A stretch of 50,015 nucleotides of DNA, filler included, from Catajapyx aquilonaris (Eukaryota), in NCBI GenBank assembly GCA_000934665.2. It is 3 parts of 3 records of this genome, joined end to end, with 100 filler letters (N's around TTAATTAATTAA, not from the genome) between each part and the next. Parts side by side here need not be neighbours in the genome. Positions count along the whole stretch, not along the records: positions 33,414 to 50,015 come from JYFJ02007150.1; 2 more parts are not named here. One strand, 5' to 3'. Shown here piece by piece: positions 37,001-50,015 of this stretch. Within the stretch, counting starts at the first letter, position 1. Each line of letters opens with the position of its first letter. The translations under genes and the position numbers were made by a program. A model generated the notes under the pieces. That model was given only the letters and a program-made list of their open reading frames with translations, did no database searches and was not told the origin of the DNA.

Positions 37001-38774
37001 ATGAACATTGCAGAAAAACTAGGATACACATCCCTTTTCCTGTAAAAGTTGGCAATGCTGGTATTTATCATGACTGCATGTAAATGTCACGCAAATGTGA
37101 ATAAGCATGACAGGAAGTTACAAAGTCACAAGCAATTTTTCTGCTTTGACTTGCCAAGTGCAAAACGCAACATGTTTTTTTTTTTTTCACTGACTTCATG
37201 CCAAGTGTGATGATGTGTAGACAACTTTCTTCAATGAAAGCTGATTAAAAAAAAGTGATTAAGAATTGCACAACTGTCACAATCTGTTGGCAACTTACTA
37301 CAAAACAAAGAGGTGATTGCTTTACCTTCATTATTCATGTCACATCCTATCTGCTTTTCTTTAGTGAGGGTGGCCTAAATGTTTGAACTTGACCTTCTAT
37401 GTTCAAAAATGCAGTGGCACCTGTGAGTACCGGCAGATACGCCAATCAACTTATGTTATCTCTCTTGGCACTAAACTTTGCATAACTACAGGTGGATCAC
37501 GCATCTGGCCGATTGGCCCATTTCACTACTATACAACAGAAGTCCTTTTGTGCCGAGTGTAACACAATGGGATGCCACAGGGCCTTGCGATTCGAGACCT
37601 TGCAAAACAGTACTTTTTGTCCAAATTATCAAAACTGAGACTTCAATGCTATCTAGAAAAATGTATGAATTGCTGTATTTTCACCATGGTGTACAAGGAC
37701 ACTTGTTAGTTACACAGCATGTTTACATTTTGGAAGGAAATCGTCCAATAAAAATGGTGGTTTTTTCACTTCACCTGTTACGTTACGAGCACCTACTCAC
37801 CTAACAATTGTGCAAATCCATTGTTTCATTACTGCTGGTACTACTTTACAACCAAACATGAAAATCCCGCGAAAGTTTACAGTGCAATGGCAACAAAACT
37901 GCTAGTAAATCTGAGTGAAGTCATGTGCTTCAAAAATGTACTCAACATGACCCCTGGCTAATGGGAACATTACAGTTCAACCTTGTCGTACTCCAAAGCC
38001 TGCTTCATTAGACCAGCATGTAACCCACCTGTATACTCGTCGCACGTCCAATTAGTAAAAAACCTGTTCATAGTTTACTAACCAATACGCAACCAACATT
38101 ACGTTTCGTTAACTGTTCCAATAAGTATGCCCTATGTGCGAATCATGCCATTTGTTATGTGACTGATCATAGCGCAGTGAACAGCATGTACTTAAATATT
38201 AATTGTTCAACCATCAGCAGTTGGTTTGTCACGAGGAGTTAGTCACTTGTTACTATCGTGTACGACGGACTTCATAAACTTTGTCTGGACTACATGAACT
38301 TCAGTCGGACTACATGAACTTTGTCCAGACTTCACCTGGATGTCAGTTGGTGCACAAAGCCCTTCGTAATTATTCATAAGTGACTAACCCCTCGGTTGGT
38401 TTTTTGCGAGGGTTTAGTCACTTGATACTGTAGTGTATGACGGACTTCACGGACTTCATGACAAGGGGTAAATCACCCATCAAGTCCGTTGTACAGTATA
38501 CGGCGCCAAGTCCGGGCTCAAGTCAGGCTTTTTTACATGTCTGTTGCCAAGTTTTGCTTCATGGACTTTGTCCGGACTTCACGCGGTGTTTCATCCCACT
38601 GCCAGTTAGCCCATTGGCTTGATTATCTTTGGCTGGACATGCCGGAATGTGACTACAGCTATTAGGCCTGACCCAACCCCATCCTGAACTCACCGTATGC
38701 GTGTGCTCGTCCCCAACCCCTGCCTGGAAGACCATGGCAAGCACCACCACTATCCTGACCAATCTTCCTTCCAT
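34071..38774 (-). CDS. TM9SF3: Transmembrane 9 superfamily member 3 (nonaspanin), 7 exons visible, final coding exon missing
   Basis: Exons 38774-38694 (signal peptide...DEHTHT), 36836-36641 ([24 protein letters not shown]), 36113-35749 ([15 protein letters not shown]...[10 protein letters not shown]), 35561-35430 ([20 protein letters not shown]), 35176-34784 ([12 protein letters not shown]), 34572-34364 ([17 protein letters not shown]...[12 protein letters not shown]) and 34301-34071 ([14 protein letters not shown]...FFFKT). All introns are GT-AG with consistent phases 0,1,0,0,0,2,2. Confidence 0.96.
34632..34713. mobile_element. Short TIR element (CGAGGG-TTAGTCA family) in a TM9SF3 intron
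   Basis: CGAGGGATTAGTCA ... TGACTAATCCCTTG. Same family as 38232-38620. Confidence 0.65.
38232..38620. mobile_element. Two adjacent copies of the same TIR element with internal GGACTTCA repeats in TM9SF3 intron 1
   Basis: 38232-38394 CGAGGAGTTAGTCACTT...AAGTGACTAACCCCTCG. A second copy starts at 38407 with CGAGGGTTTAGTCACTT. Confidence 0.65.
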
Positions 38775-39019
38775 TGTGCCAGCCTATGTACAACTATTTT
38801 ATACAATTAAAAAAAAAGAGAGAGAGAAGTGGGCAGGGTCCAGCTATGGTTGTTCCAGGGGAGATGGGAAAATGTCTGAATCGAACGGGGGAGTGGCCGG
38901 ATCAGGGCAGGGCTGAGCTCATCCTTGTTTGGAGCAAGAGGCTGTGTGTGTTGCTGCACTTGGAACAAAGAGAGAGCACTACTATCCCCACGAGAAGTCT
39001 ATCGGACGACCATTAGTCC

Positions 39020-39250
39020 GGCGTCCATTTACACCACCCGTCACGCCACGTCAGCTCGCCAGGTGGCTGTCTTGTAGTGGGAGAGGAGCAAAGGTTACCA
39101 GATGATTTGGAGGAAAATACGCCATGTTGGATCTGCCACTGTGGGACGCCATCTTCGAAAGGGTCACGTGGGGTTCAATCTGGCTCCTGATTGGCCAGAT
39201 TGGGGTACAACATGGCGGTGGACCAATCAGGGAGGTTGGCGGGGAGGTTC
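39020..39250. promoter_or_regulatory. CpG-rich promoter upstream of TM9SF3, within the divergent TM9SF3/calcineurin A intergenic region
   Basis: Dense motifs: CACGTCA, CGCCATGTT and CGCCATCTT (YY1/Pho-like), GTCACGTGG E-box, CTGATTGG/AGATTGG/CCAATCAG CCAAT boxes, about 250-470 bp upstream of the TM9SF3 ATG. Confidence 0.6.
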
Positions 39251-41297
39251 AAACTTACCGTACTTTATAATTGATATATTTAAGGAGGTTGGCCCAGCAT
39301 TGCCTTTCAACCTCCAAGGATAGGGAAGGAAGGAAGCGGCTGTGGCCTATTATACGGAAGCAACCCCGGAATTATTCTAGAAAGACCGTGGAACTTACCG
39401 TACTGTACATTTTAGTAAGGAAATAAACAGTGCAGGACAGAAACACAGGGTGAGTAACAATGCTTCTGTTTTGAGCACTGAGCTACATAGGCTATCACAA
39501 AGTATCAGCTACAGTACTTAACATTAGGTTACCCATCATCAGCAAAGGGTCGAAATATTTGAATATGCAAATTTGCACTCCAAAATTGTTATCTGCACTC
39601 CAAACTGAGACTTGGAGTACAAAGGTTGTACTTATTGCTCGTTATTATTTTATAAATGGCAAGTTTGTGCCATAAAAACTCTCGAAAAGTTAAATAATAA
39701 ATAATATTGCTATATTTAGAACAGTCTCAGCAGAAATATCAGCAGTTGACACAATCCACGGGTAGAGTCCATTATTATTACAACCTACTTGTTGCCATCA
39801 GTGGAATATGTCAAACATATTGTAGATTGATTTAAGTATAACTTTTATCCCACTTTTCTTATATTTTTCTTCTTCAAATAACAGTAATCAGATTGATGAA
39901 CACCAGCTTGACTTTCATACTCGCACCCACGTATGAGTAGAATTAATCAGAATTACCACTCCCCTAATTTGACTGGGAATTGATCCAGGTTGGGTATAAG
40001 GGAGCGGGTTTAATCACACAAATTGACGTCCTTTCCAGCCAACGAGTGACAGTCTCAGTTACTTGGCGGAAACCAAACAATCGTCTAACCATGCCTTAAT
40101 GGATATACTCCTTTATTTCGTGGTCTCTTCTGGTGGAGGATAATCACTTAGGGAAGAAGGAGAATGAACTATCAGTATACCGCAAAGTGTATTATTATTA
40201 CTCCTGGCTTACATATACTGCACGGAGTATCACACTACTCCTGCATTAATGATAATTGTAACGATGTTGTGACCCCTCTTATTGGTTATACATCTGCTGT
40301 GCTCATATAGGGCAACCCTTGGATCGTTATGAAACACCCTGTGCAGTGGCATATGGTGGTGTGTGTAAAATGCGAACACAAACATGTTATGTGGGACACG
40401 CAAAAAGTTGGCCTACAAATGCAATGTCATTGCATTATATGCAAATGCGCCCGATTCAATTTTGACGTGCCGTTTTGAATACAGCGCACTACGCGACTTC
40501 ACAAACGGTGAAGGGAGTGAAATATTTTGAACGTTTTTTTGTTGCGCATTTAACTTCCCAGTTAACTGACAAATAATGTCAATTATTGTTTAAATAAGTG
40601 CACAATAGGCCTACTGATAATAACAGTAACCAAGCTCTTGCAGGCATATGTCTGTGACGCTGGTTGTCCGCGGCGAGTCATCAGTAGCGTCCTAGCCATC
40701 TATGTGCCACGTATGGTACTACATCCACAGCATCCCCGGTGGCTACCGTATATTAACCCCCTATATACAGTAATCCATCCACCCGCCAATCACACGCTCG
40801 CTTTCACCCATCCCTCCCTCCCTCCCCCCCTTCCCCCTATCCGGCACTATCACTTACAAGCCCCGATCCGATTGGCCCAACTACAAAACCTTGCTGCGCA
40901 CAACCATTTTGCGCAATCACATATCGATACACTTCCATATCGCCACGGTGCCGTACAGGTACACCGCATGTAAACGTGTNCTTCCCCTTCCCCCCCCCCC
41001 CTCCCCTCCCTCCCCAACCCACAGCAAGATAGAACATATTCCATTGCAGATTCGAAAGTACTGGATCCACGTTCGGTCGACATTTTGGAATAGTTTCCAG
41101 TGCCCCTCCAGACTCCAGGACATCATCTCCAGTTGGATCTACAGGCAAGTGCGGGGGCTGCACCTCTTCACATCGGATGGCCAGGGGGGTATGTTCCCCC
41201 TGAAACTACGGCAGCAGCAGGATGTGCGTGACATAACCGACCCGAATATTTTGAGGGTGAAATAGTGAGTTGTGTTGTGTGCATTGTGTGTACGACC

Positions 41298-41370
41298 ATG
41301 TCGGCCGCAGCGGCACCCGCAGCGGCAGCCGCAGCACCCAAGATGTCCACTACGGAGCGGGTCATCAAGA
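41298..41370 (+). CDS. CanA: Calcineurin A (Ser/Thr phosphatase 2B catalytic subunit), first coding exon; the rest lies beyond the window
   Basis: accATG start, MSAAAAPAAAAAAPKMSTTERVIK plus 1 nt, then a gtgagt donor. K-x-STT-(D/E)-RV-(V/I)-K followed by a phase-1 intron matches exon 1 of PPP3CA-family genes (human KLSTTDRVVK|A). CpG-rich context. Exon 2 (VPFPP...) was not found in 41371-50015. Confidence 0.72.
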
Positions 41371-41811
41371 GTGAGTATATATTTTTTTTCTGCCACAGAA
41401 ATGTTCGGAAAAGGGGAGTATTGCAGTGGGTGGGAGGGAACAGGAGGGTGTGGGGAGAGGGGATGGGGAGGGGGTAAGGATGGTGTGTTATCGACCCGAC
41501 CTCCACCCCTCTCCCCATCCCCTACCACCCCTTTTCCAACACTACAACACTGCTGAAATGGCCACACTTTTGGATTAATTTAAATTATAAAAAAAATTTG
41601 TTGGATATTGATGGGGACATGTGGGGGGGTTGCCAGATGGTTGACAAGAAGTCAGGTGCGGTTCATGCCAAGAAGCATGGTTTGGTAACGCAGTCATGAA
41701 GAAACCGCATGAGACAGTACACAGAGGCTAAGCCGTGGTGCTAAATATGGTGTTGCAGGTCTTGGAAAATGCATTTTTATAATAATAATTCATTAATTGA
41801 TTTCACGGCAT

Positions 41812-42339
41812 ATTCCCATCACGATGGGGTTACCAGCGATGACCAGTTACAATCCATCTGACCATCTCGTACAACCACTATAATGCATCCTCTGGTGACT
41901 GGTCAGGCCACATAGAAATAATAATAATAATAATGATGATGATAGTAATTCATATCCGTCACGTCCCTGATGCCATTAAGGGGTGGCCAGTAATGACCAG
42001 ATACATGCATCTGACCATCTCGTTTGACCGATACAACAACCTGGTCAGTCCACGCAGAGTTAATAATAATCATAATATAATTGCAGCTATATACACAAAC
42101 TGTACTATTGCAATCTTAATTTGTTTTGGTGTGTGGGTTATGTACTGTTGTAATAGCAACTTCCCTGAAAAGGTGCAAACCTCTTATGGGGTAACAAAAT
42201 AATAATGATGGTACTGTCATAATCCATCACAACCTTTACCAAATTAATGGGGTGCCAGCGAATAACGAGAAGAACCATGTTACGCTCACATGGCAAATAC
42301 AAATATTCTGGACACTGGGCAGGTACTTGCAGGGGAAGG

Positions 42340-42391
<52 letters not shown>

Positions 42392-42689
42392 AGTGTAGAA
42401 TTAGGATATAACAGACTTGAAACGGACCGGGGAAATAAGTCTGCCATAACCAATGTCTGCTATAGCCAAACAAACAGGCCATTTGATATGGACCAGCCGT
42501 TCCAGTCTGCTATAACCAAGAGTGGGTTATAGCCGAGGCTGTTATATACGGAGGTAACTGTAATAATAAAAGTAAAAATAATAAGCCATCATTGCCGGTG
42601 TCAAATCAGTGCGGTGCCAGCGAATTAGAAGCTCGTAATTACCCTCACATGGCCATTACAAAAATTCTGGAGACTACAAGGGAAGGGCT

Positions 42690-42740
<51 letters not shown>

Positions 42741-42863
42741 TTAATTCCCAAATTAATGGGGTGCCAGCAAATGAGAAGCTCCTCGTTACCCCCATATGAT
42801 CAGTAAAAATTTTGGAGATGGGTCAGGTACTTCAGAATTGCTGGGGTTATAATAATAACAATA

Positions 42864-42912
<49 letters not shown>
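41812..42912 (+). repeat. Cluster of five retroposon-like 3' fragments, each ending in (AAT)n
   Basis: Two type-A units (ATGACCAG...CATCTGACCATCTCGT...CTGGTCAG) and three type-B units (GGTGCCAGC...TTAC-CTCACATGG...TTCTGGA), each followed by (AAT)n. Confidence 0.7.
42391..42560. mobile_element. pogo/Tigger-like MITE inserted in an (AAT)n tract
   Basis: TA|CAGT ... ACTG|TA, with internal GTCTGC(C/T)ATA(A/G)CC repeats. Confidence 0.65.
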
Positions 42913-42914
<2 letters not shown>

Positions 42915-45900
42915 GGCAATTATCCAGTCTAGATTTTATGCGGTAAAAGTGGACCACTACCCGGCTGCCCACTTTAGTGTCATGATTGCCGTGATTGCAG
43001 ACTCTTTTCGTATGACCCACATGAATTGCTGACAGACCTCATCTTGAATTAGTAACGACACATTGCCGTGGACTGTTACCAAGCTTCTATGCAATCGTGG
43101 CGCTTTATTGCATCTTGGGTGTATCAAGGCCTCTTGCCTGGAGCGGCCATAAAACATGTGCCATTGTACAGGGATAATAATTACGTGAAGATTCGTGTGT
43201 GCCTCGATAACTGTATTGAAGTTATGCCACTACCCCATCATGCAATATATTTGTAATTTCAGTATTCAGATGGGTGTGCGCCTTGGACTGATTATTTTAA
43301 TGTAGAGCATTTAATAGCACTGTTTGCACCCAAGATTGGTCCATCAAAATAATGGTACAATGATGTTCATACACCTTGTAAATTATGAGCAGCCATGATG
43401 CTTACACCCATTTCATTTTCTAATTATGTAAGGGATTTGCCATTAAAGTGGTAGGCTTGTGATGCGGCATGAGCTGCCAAAATGTAACGGTAATCTTGCA
43501 GTTAGTCGTGGTGGCAAGTGATAAGGGAATGTGCCATTTTTCCAGTGTATTTTTCTCAGTTAAATGTTGCCTTGCATGTTGCAAATAGCTCAATTTAAAC
43601 TACCCGAAATATTTTAAATGTGGTAGATTCCATAGTATTGCGAAGTAGTAAGAATACAATCTCATGATGTTGATAATAACTGAGCTAGTAGGCTCGAGTA
43701 CAGTGCACTTGAGAGCTGAAAGTTTTGTCAGTCACTACCTTACATTTGCAGGTAACAGTTAGATGGACCAAATTATTGTTTGTGGCAGACGGTGTATTAT
43801 AGTTCACTGTCCATTGAGATGGCTTTCAACTTCATTCGCCAGTAATAACCTGGAAGAATATAAAATTACTGTTGTTACTGCAGAGGCTGACTTGCACTGC
43901 ACCACTTTTATACCAGTTGAATCATTAGTTGTCTCAGCATGATTTAAAAATGAGGTTGTTAATTAGAGCGACTCATCGATAAAACAGATCCCTCAAAAAA
44001 TGAGATGCCAGTTACATAATTTAGGCAAGGTTACAGTTCAACGGATTATGTGGTGGTTTTTATTGCTACGAGTTATTGCTCAGGCATAATTTATGAATTG
44101 TGTAACACTGAATCAAGCCTGGACTACTATTAAGCCGATATGATCAAACATATCCTGATATAACTACTACGACCAATGTGATCTAAGTAGATAATCAATT
44201 ATTGAAGTATATTCCACAACAAAAGACCATTAGAGCTATTACCTTTTACGCTTCAGGCATATTGCAACACGTAGGAAGAAGTGAATTCAGGTAGTCAGTT
44301 GCACCAGTTTTAAAGTGTGTGAGGTACAGATCATATGAATATATAAGTTAAATGTAGTTTGTACAGGGTGTTAGAATCTTTTGAGGCGCCTCTAGACCTA
44401 TTGTAAATTGGAATCTCAATCTGACCAAGAATCACTCTACGGATGCTTGGTTTTTGTTGGCCTTCCATGCCTCAGGCCCTCTTTTCTTTTTTTCTTTTTT
44501 GCCTAGCCTCAGGTTTCTCTTGTGTGGAAGGAGGAAGCTGCATCTTTTGGCACCAGTTCTCCCTTCCAACCATGCGGCTGTAATTAATGTGTAGATTCTC
44601 AGTGAGTAATTAACTTGACCACACTACAACACTCAGCAATCAAGTTTATATGCCAGCCATAATAAATGCGCTGTGTAGGAATTATATGCAAAGAAACTAT
44701 GGTAAAGTTAAATGCCATCCACTATTGTTTTTGAACCGCTGCATGAGCTGAAATGTGATATTGCTATCACATTGTGCTCATGGATGAGCATGAAGAATCG
44801 CATTAAAAATATAATCCGGATTTATTTAAAATGAGCATACAGTTCCGCCATCCCCAGCTTTTTTCATACGGTCCAGTATGTATTAGTATTCACAATAGCG
44901 ACACAAATTCTGGTTCATCTGGTGTAATGAGGCATTTAAGTGTTGCAGTTGCAGAGGGAGTGCGGTGGTTTGCTGTGGGACCCAGGTGTACACTGCATGT
45001 GCAAATTTTTTGAGCTTGTAAATTCATTTTGGGAATGGTGATGTGCAGGGGTTCATTCCAGGACTCCAATGCAGCTGCACGGATGAGCTCATGAATTCAT
45101 TTTAAAAATTTCATGCAGTTAAAGAGGCTACTACACAAACATAGCTGGAATAATACAGGTCCCATGCCTTGACACATTTCATGCATGCATGGAAACATGT
45201 AAATTCATTAAAAAAAGAGAGAAAAGTTGGTACAGTTTTAAAATTGAACTTGCCCTGTTTCGCTATATAAATATTGTAATATGAGTTTTGCCATTTGGAC
45301 AGTGCACCGACATACACTGCCACGGCACATCATGTCCCCTCAGTTATGACAAAGTTGACGTGGCTCTCATCAGACATGTGACAGGAACATTGTGCCAGAT
45401 TTTACAAGCACAGCCGTACACCTCAACTATGCTAAATGTAGATGCAGAGCCCAACTCAACAAAAAATGACACTTGATGAGGCATATTTTCATATGTTAGT
45501 GTGAGTGGGAGATGTTTTATTTCGAGTTGTCCCACATCTACTTCTCACAAAGCAAATTAGAAACTGCAATTAAGGGCACGATAACGATGCTGGAGTGATA
45601 CTAGAAGGATCTTGAGATAAGCAGAGGGCTTGCAGGCATTCTCATAATGCTTCACTATAATGTGGACTAAGCTTGCAGGTTGCGATATATTTTAGGTCTT
45701 TTCTATCCACGTGACTCAGGCTAGGTTTAATACTGTAGTTGCTGCTCTGAAAATTTGTCCAGCATGCGAGCCCATAAGGATTAATTTTTAATGCAACGCT
45801 GGAGTAGGCTGCAGCTCACCCTTGAAAATATCATTGGTTCTGTTGGACTGTTCCTGATGCTGTTTTCGTGGTACATTTCACAGCTTTATTGCCCATATTC

Positions 45901-48900
45901 ACACTTCAAGTACATCTTTGAAGATGTTGCATAATTTCTTGTTATCAAGCAGTATTGTTTTGCTGTTTTATTTACAGAAATAACCATTTAATACATGCAA
46001 CATAATATCAGTTCTCCTCAATATTATGGAAGTCATACTGTATGTGAATCGAACAGTATTTTTTGTTTTATTGTTTGTTGGCTTTTGTGAATAACTGCAA
46101 AGAGTCTTACTTTTAATGAACATTAAATTAATTATCCTGGTGATGCTGCTGTTACTTTGTGCTAATCAGCTCAGTAATTATTATTTATGAGCTTGTACTA
46201 GGCTAGGAAAAATCTCAGATGATGACATGTACCTCTGGTGTCATATCATACATAGGTTAACATCATAATGAGATCAGATCATCATTACCCGTTGCACATG
46301 CATGATTGAACTATAATACCTTTTTAAATTCAGGGTGAATAAGCATACGAAGTAGGTGTGAAACTGTTGGCTTGTAGCTGCCACAGTAGCTAGAGAGGTA
46401 ATCTATTAATTGTTAGTCAATGAGATTATTCCGTTGACGAAGTTGAGTAATTTAGTGGGGCTTTTTTTTAGCAATTTAAATTAATTTCCATTCATGGTTT
46501 CTAAGCTTGTGCAAGTATTGTTTTGCAAGTCTGCTTGGAACGGGCTGTGACCCAGTCTGGCATGACTGCGCGACAAGGCCTAGCTTTGCAATATTGTAGG
46601 AACAATATTGATTGGTATCATTCGAAGAGCAATCAAAACCTTAATGCATTTCATCACCAGCTGTAATGAATTGCGAGCTCCATGCATGTCACACATTGGA
46701 ATTAGGTAACGAGAGAAGTTCAAAGTGGTTTATATATAAAAAAGGAGTTGTGCAAGTTTGATAGTCAATACTTGTCTATTACATAAGGAGGGCACCTCGT
46801 TCACACATGCGGAAATTACAGGCTCTTGTCTCTCTGCCACAAGCGTGTGATTATATTGCAAGGAATAACTTAAATTTATGGGTGTCATCTCACCAAGTGC
46901 TATTTGTAATTAAAATTTTGGTGCTGCATTGCCATTTGGACTGCATTGCCAACCCAATCGGGAGGTCAATTGTTGGAATCAAATGATTCTGCCATGCCTT
47001 GCGGGTATTTATCAATTCAGGCAGTGAGCTAAACAAATAGCAGGGAATGTCTGCCAATGGCTGCATTGTTTACTTTGGACATGTCAATGCAACTGCCTAC
47101 AGTGTGTTCATATTTCCAGGTTATAATTTTTTTAAATCCATCATTTCATATTTCCTTCCTGTATATCCCAGGAGTGCTCTGCACTATTTGGTGGGCCAGA
47201 TGTAATATCAACAAGGAACCAGCGCATTGCTTTACACAGGGTCTGATAGGGTTATTTGAGGGTTATGTCAACTGAAGGTCAAGCCAATCGTGATCAGTTA
47301 GTAGTGACAACCCTGTGGATCAGAATTGAGTGTAACGGGCCAGAGATTTACTGACAACTTTATATTGATTTCAGTGGGGGTAAGGACTTAAGCGCAGCTT
47401 TGTGGGCAAAATTGCTAGTCGAGCCGACTAGATTGCAAGTCAAAACCATGCGGTTTTCAGCCCCTCCTGATAGCAAACTCTGGTGTCTGCCACAAATTTC
47501 TTGGTTGTGTTACAATTATTGATACCGTATCTGCTGCTCTAACAGACTGGGGGTTCCCAATCGATATCCCTGAGATACTGCAGTTTTAAGTGAACTTGGT
47601 TTGGAGCACCAAAACCCAGGTCATGCATTATGCATGGTAATTACAGGATGAGGTTTCATCCGAGAGGGGCTCCGTGCAATAAAATTCCTAACGCTGTAAT
47701 TAATGTGGAATGATCCGAAGCCCTTGTTTCCAGTTTTATAACGCATGGGGAAGCCTTCTGAGATGACAATTTGCTCAGAACTTGTTATAGCAAAACTGCA
47801 CAAAGGCAAGAAACACAATTACAGGAGTGTAACGGATTTCTAATTGAGGTGCTTAAGAGAATCATTAGCTGCAGTGCGCAGTGGCTGGAAATAATATTGG
47901 CAGTGTACTTAATGAAGAATATTCGCTAAAATGCTTTGATACAAGGATTCCTTACCAATTGTGATATATAATGGTGTCACTCCTAGCAACAACAATTATG
48001 TCAGGTACCTATACTGTACATTATATTGATCTGGCAGTTTTTACTTGCGTGGCGGTACTGGAAGCAGTTTCAGTAGCGAGAAGGAAATGCACTATGGAGT
48101 TTCAATGCTATTGACAACTAGTTGCATTGTTATAAGTTACTTCAGAGTTGCATCACTAGCACATCAATATCTGCTACATCTGCTAGAACGTGTTAACACG
48201 CAATTGGAGATTATGTTGATAGGATATGGCTTCAAAGATAGGTAAAATTATTCAGCTCAATGTATTGTCTCGAAGGTTGTTGTTGCATGCTAATATTTGT
48301 GCATTACAATCTTGCATTGTGCTCAGTAGTGCCACCTGAATACCTGTTCATACCAGCTCCTAGAAATTACACCCAGCGCACAGCTAATTACATGAATGAA
48401 TAATGTTGGTGGCACTTGCAGCCCCACGGACATAAATGAAAAATATGTACGCAGTCCAAGACCGCATCGCAGCGTACATGTTATCGCAGTCTATTGAGCA
48501 CACAGCCAGCCAGTGCGATAAGCACACACAGGTCTGACATGATAAGCAACAGTCATACTTCCTGGCACCCCTCTTGTTATTATTAAATATATACCACCAT
48601 GTTTCTTCCTGAGGATTTCCAGAATAATTTACCATCAAACTCGTCAGTGTTGGCTCGACTGTAAAGTCTGGCAGGCTCAGGTGCAAAGGAACAAGTTGGC
48701 ACAATAGTAGTTTGAACACCCACCGTCTCCGACTAAGAGATAAAAATGCCCTTGGAGTGTGATGGATTAGCCTTGAAAACAAACAGGTTTTTCTAGACCA
48801 TTTTTTGAGAGGTGCTTCTTCGATTCTTGAATCTTAAGAGACGCCTATTTATAGGGTGACCCGGCTTTGAACAAAGGTGTTTTTCTTTTTCTTCTTCACC

Positions 48901-50015
48901 TGTAAGGTGATGCGGGTATTGAAGGTGGGTAGGCGTGTGTGGGTTGGAAAAGTGGGATTGGCCATAAACAAGGACGAGGGTTGAACAGTTGCCACGGGGA
49001 GGTGGACAAATGGCAGATCTTTTTTTGAGGGGCGGTTGGCCCCTGGCCCAGCAAACCCGGGGGGCTTGCGAAATTCTTGTCAAAAAAACCTGGCAGTTTA
49101 ATAACAACGGTTAGGAGGCGACATTGAGTACGGAAGGTGGAGTAAATGTCAGTCACCACATATGGTAATGACAACAAGTGACAAGTTGCAGGATAGTTGC
49201 ATTGTCTGATAGTGTCAGGTTTGGTTAGATAGCGGGATCTATCGCTTGAGTTTGACCGAGATATCGAATGCAACTTGTCAACTCCAGAGTGAAAGCTGCT
49301 CGGCACTACCTGAGCGGGAATTAATCACGTGTCTTTGCCAATTTTGTGGTGTTGATGACCAGTAGCTGTGCTGCATGATGGTCGGTCAAAAAAAAAAAAA
49401 AAGAAGTGTCAACTAGGTTGGTCTTTGATGGCTTGTTCAAATATTTGGGATTAGCTGAACCTGTCGTACATCGCTATGATTTTCATTGCTCAGAATTATT
49501 TTTGAATAGTGCAGAAGTATGTAATTTGAGATTTGATCATTAATTTGCGTTCACATATTGAACAAAATTTTAAAGTGGTAACTACTTTTTTAAAGGAAGA
49601 CTCAAATATTGGAAGAGTACTTCCGCCATGTCACTTTTTGCAAGGTTTGACACCCACTTTTAATATCCCCGAACGTCTGCATAATATTAGCTGGCGCTGG
49701 CACGGAGACCTTGTAAAATAACGTCACTCTTAATAATGCCTTATGACTTTCAAAAAGGGCTGTCCTATACCTTTGCTAGAATGCTCAGGTTTCCTACCCG
49801 AGTCTTAATTTTCTGGCGGAATTGAGGAAATTGAAGGCATCCTCTGATCCATTCTAACTTGTGAGTGCTTTTTTGACGAAGATGAAAAAGTAGTAGCTTT
49901 TAAGAGGCAAAAAAAAAAAAAAAACAGGACGCAAGTAATGGGACAGCGCAGTTTCCTTTTAAAAAAAGCCAGGCGGATATGGAGTTGATTATATAGTTTA
50001 TATTGAAACTATAGA

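Noticed and set aside
30592..38774. TM9SF3-E78 fusion gene
   Set aside because: The two parts are separated by an artificial spacer and have incompatible splice phases.
48384..49306. Three 104-136 aa minus ORFs
   Set aside because: Non-ATG starts, no recognisable domain, and located in the presumed calcineurin intron.

Overview
Eukaryotic, intron-containing animal DNA, most likely arthropod (CPAP1-type chitin-binding proteins, E78 nuclear receptor). The window is three contigs joined by identical artificial 100-bp spacers (N44-TTAATTAATTAA-N44 at 16609-16708 and 33314-33413), so adjacency across them is unproven. Contig 1 (1-16608) has two tandem + strand paralogous secreted single-CBM14 (peritrophin-A) genes, satellites, MITEs and a 345-bp foldback just 3' of the second gene. 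Contig 2 (16709-33313) has a multi-layer transposon nest (pogo/Tigger-like MITE interrupted by a Helitron and a Sola1-like derivative), hAT, piggyBac and Tigger-type MITEs, two tRNA-derived SINEs, the last two coding exons of E78 (- strand) and a Transib-like end with an RSS-like 7/23/9 layout. Contig 3 (33414-50015) has TM9SF3 (- strand, 7 exons visible, last exon missing) head-to-head with coding exon 1 of calcineurin A (+ strand), followed by its long first intron. No clearly novel protein system was found. The most interesting items are the TE nest, the RSS-like Transib end, an X-box-laden Helitron-like element, the possible 3'UTR foldback and the prohormone-like N-terminus of chitin-binding gene 1. 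All gene models were read by eye, without database searches.
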